In this document: positions 11,521 through 21,749 of the stretch, piece after piece | How positions within the stretch are numbered: the stretch's first letter is position 1 | Layout: every line of letters starts with the position of its first letter | Origin: Mobula hypostoma | Lineage: Eukaryota | DNA: 64,000 nucleotides | Direction: 5' to 3' | NCBI RefSeq assembly: GCF_963921235.1 | Contig: NC_086109.1 | Coordinates: forward strand, 2,790,001 to 2,854,000 | Program-made: the position numbers and the translations under genes | Notes under the pieces: model-generated | Database searches by the model: none | Seen by the model: only the letters and a program-made list of their open reading frames with translations | Told to the model about the DNA's origin: nothing

Positions 11521-11689
11521 CCGGTGTGTACATTTCCGATGATCAGTCGTGGATTTAATATTTGTGTCGTTGGCAGTGTGTGAGTTCATTCCGAATGCAC
11601 TGAGAATGAGACCGTGTTGATGCTGGGTTAGTATCACTGTTTGTCAGTTGATTGGTGCTGATGGGGTGATCTGAGTTTCCATCATTGTG

Positions 11690-12130
11690 TGTCGCTTTGC
11701 ATGTCCAGGTCTTTTGTGTCCATGTGTCACGTGTCGATGTGCCCAGTCTCAATGTCTCCCCTCTCCAGAGTCCTTGTCTCTGTATCCAGTCTCCATGTCC
11801 TGTCACTAGGTCCTGGTCTATATCTCCCTGTCTCTGTGTCTTGTCTCCTGGTCCCGGTCTGTATCTCCTTGCTTCTGTGTCCTCGTCTAAATCTCCCTGC
11901 CTCTGTGTCCTCATCTGTATCTCCCTGTCCCAGGGTCCTGGTCTGTATCTCCCTATCTCGATGTCCTGTCTCCGGCTCCCAGTCTGTATCTCCTTGTTTC
12001 TGTGTGCTGTCTCCAGGTCCTGTCTCTGTGTTCTGGTCTCGATCTCCCTGACTGGGTCCTGGACTCTATTTCCCTGTCTGTGTTTCCCAGTCTCCAAGAA
12101 TTCCTGACACAGTGTGTCCTGTCCCTGTTT
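11690..12130 (+). repeat. Pyrimidine-rich degenerate tandem repeat (GTCCTGGTCTGTATCTCCCT-like); paralog ~40330-40770
   Basis: Low-complexity repeats generate the overlapping spurious ORFs at 11555-12107. Confidence 0.7.
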
Positions 12131-12290
12131 CCCTTAAGTTGCCCAGAGCTGACAGGTTCTGTTTCTTTTGTAGTTTGCTGGTCCGGAGGTCGTTGCCGAG
12201 ACTAATCCCATTGAGTATGCTGCAGTGATGCACCATGCCAGACCCCCCATGGATGGGCTGAGGACAGAACCCCTGGACAGTATCCTGTAG

Positions 12291-12906
12291 CAGGATCTCC
12301 CTGTGGCCACACATTTTAATTGCCAGTGCCATTCCCATTCTGATACGTCTATCCACGGCCTCCTCTACTGTCAAGATGAAGCCACACTCAGGTGGGAGGA
12401 ACAACACCTTATATTCCGTCTGGGTAGCCTCCAACCTGATGGCATGAACATCGACTTCTCTAACTTCCGTTAATGCCCCTCCTCCCCCTCATACCACATC
12501 CATTATTTATTATATATATATATACATATTCTTTTTCTCTCTCTCCTTTTTCTCCCACTATCCATCTCACTATACTCCTTGTCCATCCTCTGGGCTTCAC
12601 CTCTCCACCTTTCTTTCTCCCTCAGTCTCCTGTCCCATGATCATCTCATATCCCCTTTGCCAATCACCTGTCCAGCTCTTGGCTCCATCCCTCCCCCTCC
12701 TGTCTTCTCCTATCATTTTGGATCTCCCCCTCCCCCTCCCACTTTCAAATCTCTTACTAGCTCTTCTTTCAGTTAGTCCTGACGAAGGGTCTTGGCCCGA
12801 AATGTCGACTGTACTTCTTCTTATAGATGCTGCCTGGCCTGCTGCGTTCACCAGCAACTTTTATGTGTGTTGCTTGAAATCCCAGCATCAGCTAATTTCC
12901 TCATGT
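12291..12906 (+). mobile_element. Copy-A-specific 5'-truncated Penelope-like element with 8-bp TSD
   Basis: TCCTGTAG at 12283-90 and 12907-14; empty site in B (~40925-32). The open frame QDLPVATHFN..HGLLYC..EEQHLIFRLGSLQPDGMNIDFSNFR* matches the end of the GIY-YIG ORF at 50351-50677. Confidence 0.9.
12775..12810 (+). ncRNA. Minimal hammerhead-ribozyme-like motif in the Penelope pseudo-LTR
   Basis: AGTC-CTGACGA-AGGGTCTTGGCCC-GAAA-TGTC-GACT: helix I AGTC/GACT plus the CUGANGA and GAAA cores. Confidence 0.5.
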
Positions 12907-14240
12907 TCCTGTAGTCTAGGATGGATCGTCCGTCTCTCGGCACCGGTACTAGGAGGGTACGGACTCTTTGAGAAATCTGCATGTGGAACGGTGGCTTGGA
13001 GATGCAGGTTTCCTCTGGGTCCCACTGTTGTGGTGAGGGGTGAGGTCTATGGGACAACAGCATGGCTGCTCTTTGCTGCTGTGCTTTGTAAGTGTTGAAT
13101 GTTAGTTCAATAATAGTCTCCAGTTTTGTCTGGTGGAAGAGATTTTGTCAGAATATTCCCCTGTAGAGTATCACCTTGATTAATCCTACTCAAACAGTAG
13201 TTAATAATTAAATGAATAATGTGAGCCTGTGCCCAGTTTCCAAGTGCTTACCACTCTCCCACCTTGAGTGAATTGTTCTCAAACACTGGTTCACACCGAG
13301 GGTGCGGAATTATCACTGGGGAAAGATGGGGATCCAAGAGACTCTGTCAAGCTTCTACCAGAAATCAGGAAGGGAAGGAAGAGTGTGGAGGGGAGCAGAT
13401 TTCAGGCTGCCATTGGTTTTACGAGGAACGGCTATGAGGTGGGACTCAGTGGAGAACAGGGATTTAAGGGAGGGAGAAAAATGGAAAGGTTTAAGGGAGC
13501 AACAACACACACCAAGTGCTGGAAGAACTCAACATGTCAGACAGCATCTCTGCAGGAGAATAATAGTCAACGATTCAGCTGCCTGCTGCCTGAACTGCTC
13601 AGTTCCTCCAGCATGGAGTGTGTGTTGCCCAAGTTTCCCAGTATATGGGTGTGTCTCGGGTTTAAGGGAGAGGGAGTTGTTGGAAAGTGAGGAGAACGAG
13701 AGACAGGGATTTAATATAAACGATGCAGGGATACAGCATAGACAGGGAGTGACCGTGTTGTTCAGGATCTGGTCCAGTGATCTCATACACCCACATGACC
13801 ATTCGAGCTCTCTACACCTCACTAGGATGTGGAAGGCATGTCCAAAAGTTTAATCTTCTGAGATCCAAGGCAAGTTGGTACATTAATTACAAAGTGAGCT
13901 TGGTAATAGCAGGCAGAGAGTGATAGTGGGCTGTTGCTTTTGTGATTGGAAGCCTATGGCCAGTTTTGACCAATAGGGGTTGTTGCTGGATCCTATTTAT
14001 GTGCGTTGGATGTGATGTTTCATTGATTCGATTGTGTTTCTTGGATTTACTGACTGTGCCCTCAAGAGAATTAATCTCATGTTTGTATATGGTGACATAT
14101 ATGTACATTGATAATAAATTTATTTTGAATTTTGAATGTACATTAATGATTTTTGATATTAATGCAGGAGAGATCCAAAGACCTTGATGGAGATCTACAA
14201 TAGGGCAGGCAGAATAGACATGGAGGTCTGCAAATTTTTC

Positions 14241-14829
14241 ATAGAACCATAGAAACATCGCAAACCTACAACACAATACAAGCCCTTCAGCCCACAATGC
14301 TGTGCCAAACATATCCTTACTTTAGAAATTATCTAGGGTTATCCATAGCCCTCTATTTTTCTGAGCTCCATGTACCTATCCAGGAGCCTCCTAAAAGACC
14401 CTATTGTATCCGCCTCCACCAACATCGCTGGCAGCCCATTCCACGCACTCACCACTCTCTGCGTAAAAAACTTACCCCTGACATCTCCTCTGTACCTACT
14501 TCCAAGCACCCTAAAACTGTGTCCTCTCGTGTTTACTATTTCATCCCTGGGAAAAAGCCTCTGATTATCCACACAATCAATACCTCTTATCATCTTATAT
14601 ACCTCTTTCAGGTCACTTCTCATCCTCCGTCACTCCAAGGAGAAAGGGCCAGGTTCACTCAACCTATTCTCATAAGGCATGCTCCCCAATCCAGGCAACA
14701 TCCTTGTAAATCTCCTCTGCACCCTTTCTATAGTTTCCACATCCCTCCTGTAGTGAAGTGACCAGAATTGAGCACAGTACTCCAAGTGGGGTCTGACCAG
14801 TGTCCTATATAGCTGTAACATTACCTCTC
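14241..14829 (-). mobile_element. CR1 3' fragment, absent from copy B
   Basis: LQLYRTLVRPHLEYCAQFWS.. and MRSDLKEVYKMIRGID motifs; A/B similarity breaks at 14240/42263. Confidence 0.9.
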
Positions 14830-14832
14830 AGG

Positions 14833-15551
14833 TGTGGGGTTGACTACAGGGAACATTCTCAGCCTACTGAGAATGCCTACTCAGCCTACTCAGCCAACTT
14901 TGGCTCTCCACAGGTACACTTTAGCATTAAGCAACCAGTGATGTAAGAGCAAAAACCAGCTCAGAACTTAAATTAACAGCTGAATGACCTATTAGACTTT
15001 TCACATCAGCCAAAATCTTCAACTCACTTCGCAGAAAATAGAGCATCTTGCCATTAAAATATTCACCCTCTATGTCTAGAGATATGAACTGGCCATGGCC
15101 TGCCTTTCTAGGTACCCCTATTCTAACGGTCAGCGTGACTTCAGTCACATCACTGGTATCGCATTGCACCTGACCTTAATCTCTTTGGTATGCATAATAA
15201 AATATCTCACACCATGGCCTAGACAGACAATTAAGCAGCTTAATCAATCCTTACACAGCATTCATACAGCATTCCAATCCCAGAAGAGCCCCCAAAAATT
15301 GAACCCTCTCACTGTGACTTGTAACAAACTTGGCTGGTTAACTAACTCTGGCTAATAGCCACGTGACTCAGCTTTGCATGGGTAATGGTGAGAAAGCCAC
15401 CCTCAATAAGTTTCATACGACTAAGGTCGATATGATTTGGTTTCAGCAGATACTACAACTTTGACACTCACAGAAAAACGGCTAAAATGAAAATACGTCA
15501 CAGCATAGCCGTAGAAATATAGTAAAATAGGGCCTTAGCCTGGTCATTACA
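14833..15551. mobile_element. Solo LTR (TG...CA, 4-bp TSD CAGG)
   Basis: cagg|TGTGGGG ... CATTACA|cagg; splits a CR1 3' tail. Confidence 0.65.
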
Positions 15552-15670
15552 CAGGTAAATATGTCGAGTGTGATCAGGTGTTGGATGGTCATCATGGATA
15601 TGATGGGCTGAAAAGCCTGTTTCTGTGCTGTGTGTCTCTATGACTCCATCCTATTTGACTCCTTTCACGA

Positions 15671-18600
15671 TGTTACACATCCCGTGAGCTTGATGTAATT
15701 ACCTTGTGAGCATTATGTCATTATCTCGTGATGGTCATAATTTAATGGTGTCATGATAGCGGGGTGATGTGATGTCACTTGATAGCATGCTCCAGACGGT
15801 ATTTAAACATAGTCCGCCAGTGTGACGCAGTTCTCATTTTTATTTTTAGTGCGACGTTGTTGTTGCCGGTCGGATGTTTGTTGCACTTTTATTTTTCCTT
15901 TACCGTCCAGTATCAGAGACTAAAGGCATGACCAGAGTTCTCCAAGTTCAAAGGATTGGGTAAAGTTAATGTCGTTCAGCGTCTTGGGAATGATCAACCT
16001 TTTTGAATCTTTGTTCAGGAATTGTGGCATGCACATTTGAATGAAACTGCTGCAAGGTTGGGAAGATTTTGGAAAGGAGCAAAAATAACAGGGTTGTTAT
16101 CATGGGTGACTTTAACGTCCCTAATATTGATTGGCACCTGATTAGTTCCAAGGGTTTAGATGGGGCAGAGTTTGTTAAGTGTGTCCAGGACGGATTCCTG
16201 TCACAGTATGTGGACAGGCCGACTAGGGGGAATGCCATACTAGATCTAGTACTAGGTAAGGAACCGGGTCAGGTCACAGATCTATCAGGGGGTGAGCATC
16301 TGGGGGACAGTGACCACCACTCCCTGGCCTTTAGCATTATCATGGAAAAGGGTAGAATCAGAGAGGACAGGAAAATTTTTAATTGGGGGAGGGCAAATTA
16401 TGAGGCTATAAGGCTAGAACTTGTGGGTGTGAATTGGGATGATGTTTTTGCAGGGAAATGTACTATGGACATATGGTTGATGTTTAGAGATCTCTTGCAG
16501 GATGTTAGGGATAAATTTGTCCCAGTGAGGAAGATAAAGAAAGGTAGGGTGAAGGAACCATGGGTGACAAGTGAGGTGGAAAATCTAGTCAGGTGGAAGA
16601 AGGCAGCATACATGAGGTTTAGGAAGCAAGGATCAGATGGGTCTATTGAGGAATATAGGGAAACAAGAAAGAAGCTTAAGAAGGGGCTGAGAAGAGCAAG
16701 AAAGGGGCATGAGAAGGCATTGGCGAGTAGGGTAAAGGAAAACCCCAAGGCATTCTTCAATTATGTGAAGAACAAAAGGATGACAGGAGTGAAGGTAGGA
16801 CCAATTAGAGATAAAGGTGGGAAGATGTGTCTGGATGCTGTGGAAGTGAGGAAGGTCTTCAATGAATACTTCTCTTCGGTATTCACCAATGAGAGGGAAC
16901 TTGATGATGGTGAGGACAATATGAGTGAGGCTGATGTTATAGAGCATGTTGATATTAAGGGAGAGGAGGTATTGGAGTTGTTAAAATACATTAGGATGGA
17001 TAAGTCCCCGGGACCTGATGGAATATTCCCCAGGCTGCTCCACGAGGCGAGGGAAGAGATTGCTGAGCCTCTGGCTAGGAACCTTATGTCCTTGTTGTCC
17101 ACGGGAATGGTACCGGAGGATTGGAGTGAGGTGAATGTTGTCCCCTTGTTCAAAAAAGGTAGTAGGGAGAGTTCGGGTAATGATAGACCAGTGAGCCTTA
17201 CGTCTGTGGTGGGAAAGCTGTTGGAAAAGATTCTTAGAGATAGGATCTCTGGGCATTTAGAGAATCATGGTCTGATCAGGGACAATCAGCATGGCTTTGT
17301 GAAGGGCAGATCGTGTCTAACAAGCCTGATAGACATTTGAGGAGGTGACCAGGCATATAGATGAGGGCAGTGCAGTGGATGTGATCTATATGGATTTTAG
17401 TTAGGCATTTGACAAGGTTCCACACAGCAGGCTAATTCAGAAAGTCAGAAGGCATGGGATCCGGGGAAGTTTGGCCAGGTGGATTCAGTATTGGCTTGCC
17501 TGCAGAAGGCAGAGGGCGGTGGTGGAGGGGAGTACATTCAGATTGGAGGATTGTGACTTGTGGTGTCCCACAAGGATCTGTTCTGGGACCTCTACTTTTC
17601 GTGATTTTTATTAACGACCTGGATGTGGGGGGTAGAAGGGTGGGTTGGCAAGTTTGCAGATGACACAAGGGTTGGTGGTGTTGTAGATAGTGTAGAGGAT
17701 TGTCAAAGATTGCAGAGAGACATTCATAGGATGCAGAAGTGGGCTGAGAAGTGGCAGATGGAGTTCAACCCGGAGAAGTGTGAGGTGGTACACTTTGGAA
17801 GGACAAACTCCAAGGCAGAGTACAAAGTAAATGGCAGGATACTTGGTAGTGTGGAGGAGCAGAGGGATCTGGGGGTACATGACCACAGATCCCTGAAAGT
17901 TGCCTCACAGGTGGATAGGGTAGTTAAGAAAGCTTATGATGTGTTAGCTTTCATAAGTCAAGGGATAGAGTTTAAGAGTCGCGATGTAATGATGCAGCTC
18001 TATAAAACTCTGGTTAGGCCACACTTGGAGTACTGTGTCCAGTTCTGGTCGCCTCACTATAGGAAAGATGTGGAAATATTGGAAAGGGTACAGAGAAGAT
18101 TTACCAGGATGCTGCCTGGTTTAGAGAGTATGGATTATGATCAGAGATTAAGGGAGCTAGGGCTTTACTTTTTGGAGAGAAGGAGGTTGAGAGGAGACAT
18201 GATAGAGGTGTACAAGACATTAAGAGGAATAGATAGAGTGGATAGCCAGCGCCTCTTCCCCAGAGCACCACAGCTCAATACAAGACGACATGGCTTTAAG
18301 GTATAAGGGGTGGGAAGTTCAAGGGGGATATTAGAGGAAGGTTTTTTACTCGGGGAGTGGTTGGTGCGTGGAATGCACTGCCTGAGTCAGTGGTGGGTGC
18401 AGATACACTCGTAAAGTTTAAGCGACTACTAGACAGGTATATGGAAGAATTTAAGGTGGGGGCTTATATGGGAGGCAGGGTTTGAGGTTCCACACAACAT
18501 TGTGGGCCGAAGGACCTGTACTGTGCAGTACTATTCTAAGGTAGGTTTGTGCAGTGACCACCCTCCAGTCAAAAGGTCAGCTCCTTTATTTCCCCGTGAT

Positions 18601-18928
18601 TTCTTCGTACAAGACATCTCTCGTCTATGATCGGCAGATTCGTCATTACTTCGAAGGAATCGTTGTTTCGGGGAAGTCTCTCCTTAATGACTGTATAAAT
18701 CACATGGACTTTTGAATTTACCACCTTAAGTCTGTGCTTGGTTGAGAAATCATTAAGAACAGTTTATAAGTTGGATTGTTTTTTCGATACAGTCGCCTAA
18801 CTGTTAACTTCCGGTTAAGTTAGTCTTTCATTTACTTTTCGATGTTTTGAGCATAGGTTAATAAATGTTGTTGTTTATTTTGTAAAAACTTGACTGAAAT
18901 TCATCTCCATTGCTGCTGGTTCATAACA
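15671..18928 (+). mobile_element. Solo LTR interrupted by a 2.5-kb CR1
   Basis: Termini TGTTA...TAACA, flanks acga/acaa, empty site cctttcACAAgcacc in B (~42541-42555). TATA-like tatttaaa near 15800 and AATAAA near 18861. Confidence 0.75.
16062..18537 (+). mobile_element. CR1 LINE ORF2 (APE C-terminus plus RT), frameshifted
   Basis: ORF 16069-17340 contains IMGDFN, LDLVL, HLGDSDH, KSPGPDG, QHGFVKGRSC; then [15 protein letters not shown] and ORF 17623-18306. Confidence 0.95.
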
Positions 18929-20425
18929 ACAAACGCCTCAAAGTTCAGAGTACATGTATGATCAAAGTGTGTGTTATATAACCTTGAGATTTATCTTTTT
19001 ATGGACAGTCACAAAACGAGAATCTCAAAAGAACCCATGAAACAGAATGACAACAAGCACCCAATGTGCAGAGAGAGAGAGAAACAACACACCAATCGTG
19101 CAAACAATAAAAGGCAGCCAAAGCATTCAGAATGAAAGTGAGCCCAGAGAGCATCCGGAGCAGGCCACAGCCTCAGCCTCAGTTCATCACACAGCAGAGC
19201 AAAACATCACGGAGCTGGCATACATGAACCCTGGACCACTCGGAGCAGGCCCAAGCCTCAGTCTCAATATGCAACAAAACATGTGACACTCACCTCCAGA
19301 CCCAACGCACGGCCTTTTCAATCCATCTGGCTCAGCGTTTAAATCATCCAAACATCGCTCGAAGACCAGGCCCTGTCACATCAACATGATGTAGCCTGGA
19401 CCCTGCCACCTCGTACCCGAGCTTTCAACGTTGGCCCAGTGCTAGAACGATCAGACGTCGCTCTTGGCTGAGGTGGGCGGTCTCTGCACCCCCTCCACTC
19501 CAACTTTTCTCTGTTTTGCCGACCCCAACTCCATCTCAACCATGTCTCCACCTCACTCCAACCACCTCTCCCCAACCATGTCTCCACCTCACTCCAACCA
19601 CCTCTCCCCAACCATATCTCCACCTCGCTCCAACTTCTCACTCCTGCACGCCTCGACCCTCGAGTCAGCCTTGTCTTCCTTGTGTGCGGAGATCATTTAC
19701 CACACTCACCTGACAAATAAGACAGCTTTCATTCTTGTCCATAGCCTCATGTCTGGGAAACCCTCCCGTTCCAATGCAGACAAACATCCCACAATTTATA
19801 GAACTTCATATGATGATAACTGCAGCACCCCATTTCTGTTGCCATCTCCTCCAAAAGCAGAGGGATGTAGATCATTGTGTCCTTGGGATTTATCGACGTC
19901 AGCCTGTTTCAATGGACATTGAATCATACCCTATTCCCATCAATTTTTCATTCTCATGTGACTCTTGCTTCTCTGATATTTGCAGGTTTGATTTTGCCTT
20001 TACCCTTAAAACAGATACAAAGTAAATGTTTAACGCCTCTGTCCCACATCCCTGCCCCTGTCCCTGTGACTGATCCCCTATTCTGCTCCTTGTTTCCCGT
20101 CTCAGAATGTGTCACATCACCAGATTGGAATTAACTTCCTGATTCCACCCCCGATCTGTGAGCCGATGAATGTCCCTGTAGGGGAGAGGGTGTGTGACCC
20201 AGTGCCAGGTTCACACTGAAGCATTGCACCCAGTCCCAGTCACAGTCTGGGCTGATCACAGTCCTGGGTCTGCTGCTCCTGGACCAGATTCAGGGATGGT
20301 CTGGGCTGGGTCACACCTCGGTGTAGAAGGGAAACAGGGACCACTTACAATAGTGACAACAGATGTGAGCCGAAGAGGATCGCTGGGAATCAAAGTCATA
20401 AACAGGGCACTGTGGATTTTTTATG

Positions 20426-20743
20426 TAGGCAATTTTTCGATGAGATCCCCCATCATTCTCCTGAACTCCAGGGAGTACAGCCCAAGAGCTGCCAAATGGT
20501 CCTCATATGGTAACCATTTCATTCCTGGAATCATTCTCGTGAATCTTCTCTGAACCCTCTCCTCTGTCAGTATATTCTTTCTAAAATAAGGAGCCCAAAA
20601 CTGCACACATTACTCCAAGTGTGGTCTCATGAATGCCTTATAGAGCCTCAATATCACATCCCTGCTCTTATATTCTATACCTCTAGAAATGAACACCAAC
20701 AATGCTTTCACCTTCTTCACAACCGACTCAACCTGGAGGTTAC
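20426..20743 (-). mobile_element. CR1 internal fragment between two copies of an ~83-bp host segment
   Basis: QFWAPYFRK..ERVQRRFTRMIPG motif; flanks 20343-20425 and 20744-20827 are direct repeats. Confidence 0.85.
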
Positions 20744-21041
20744 ACTTACAATAATGACAACAGATGTGGGCCTGGAGAGGATTGCTGGGAATCAAAGCCA
20801 TAAACAGGGCACTGTGGATTTTTTATGGATGTTTGCGGGCAGTGGGTGGGGAAGTGGGAACTTAGTCCAGCAACAACTGCTGAAATGAAGGTTCAGGGAA
20901 GAGTTAACGTGATGGGTGAAATGAACTGGGACTGGCTTAAAGTTCACTTGGGGCTGTTGGGGATGGAATGCAGGAATCGGGAATCGAGGTGTCCATGAGG
21001 ATCTCCTTAACCCATCTTTCATTGTTCCTGCTCAACCTCAG

Positions 21042-21300
21042 ACCCCGTGTCAGGAAGATACATCATGGTTTATTCATTTTCATAGGCACTGCCTGACCCA
21101 TTGAGATCCTATAGCATTTTGTGTGTGTTGCTCATGGTTCTGAACATTACTGAGACCTTTGACCTCACCTGGACCCTCTCCTTGACCTTGGGCGTCCCAC
21201 CAGCTTCAGGTGGTGAAGGCGAGGAGAATCTGTGAGAGACGCCAGCATACATTACTTCTGGAATCATGGAGAGATGGAAGAGGTTCATCACACAGCTTAA
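21042..21300 (+). pseudogene. Decayed IgC2 exon of a third paralog
   Basis: Acceptor aacctcAG, then DPVSGRYIMV..LNITETFDLT..TSFRW*R..HYFWNHGE aligns with EPVSGANIMVQNITGTCNLT..TRFSWWR..QHFWKDGK. It has a 61-bp insertion, a frameshift and a stop; the upstream intron (~20270-21040) also aligns to 7730-8069. Confidence 0.85.
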
Positions 21301-21344
21301 CCCATGCATTAACAATATGATGGGACAGTATAGATGGAGCTTCA

Positions 21345-21600
21345 CTTTATATCAAACATGTGCACATTTATTTTGCAAAGAGTGGTTTACAATAATTACA
21401 CTGCTCACAGTTCACTCCTTATAAATATTCATGCAATTAAAACATCAAATTAAATCATGATCATCCTTGCCCAGGATGCAATCCAGCCCTTGTAATGTCC
21501 ACTGATACCTGAACGCATCCAAGGTGCCAGTGAACAGTATGTACTCCCTTTCCAAACCCCCATCAAAGGATTGAGCTGAGTTACTGATTCTCAGCAGATC
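21345..21600 (-). mobile_element. L1/Tx1-like LINE 3' remnant
   Basis: LEREYILFTGTLDAFRYQWTLQGLDCILG resembles Tx1-clade ORF2 C-termini. Confidence 0.45.
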
Positions 21601-21749
21601 TGCTGTACTGGAGCCAGAAACAAAAATATAGCCCAAGTCTTTGAGTTGTCTTGGTCCAGCTTGTTCTTCCACCAAGTGAACACTGGAGGGCAGCACAGAC
21701 AAGAGGGCTCAGACCCCAACCCAGTATGAAATCTGATTTGGACAATCCA

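Larger units (their letters stand above)
1..19750 (+). repeat. Tandem segmental duplication, copy A (left end outside window)
   Basis: Position 1 aligns to 29002. Offset is ~29.0 kb at the start and 28597 across 4.2-9 kb. High identity runs to 14240; weaker colinear similarity resumes at 15560-15670 and 18935-19750. Confidence 0.95.

Noticed and set aside
11222-12107. Cys/Pro-rich or repetitive ORFs downstream of the receptor as extra cytoplasmic exons
   Set aside because: They derive from tandem and low-complexity repeats, with no Tyr motif or convincing splice pattern.
16069-18306. 423-aa and 227-aa ORFs as host genes or an active element
   Set aside because: CR1 ORF2 pieces; 5'-truncated, frameshifted and with stops.
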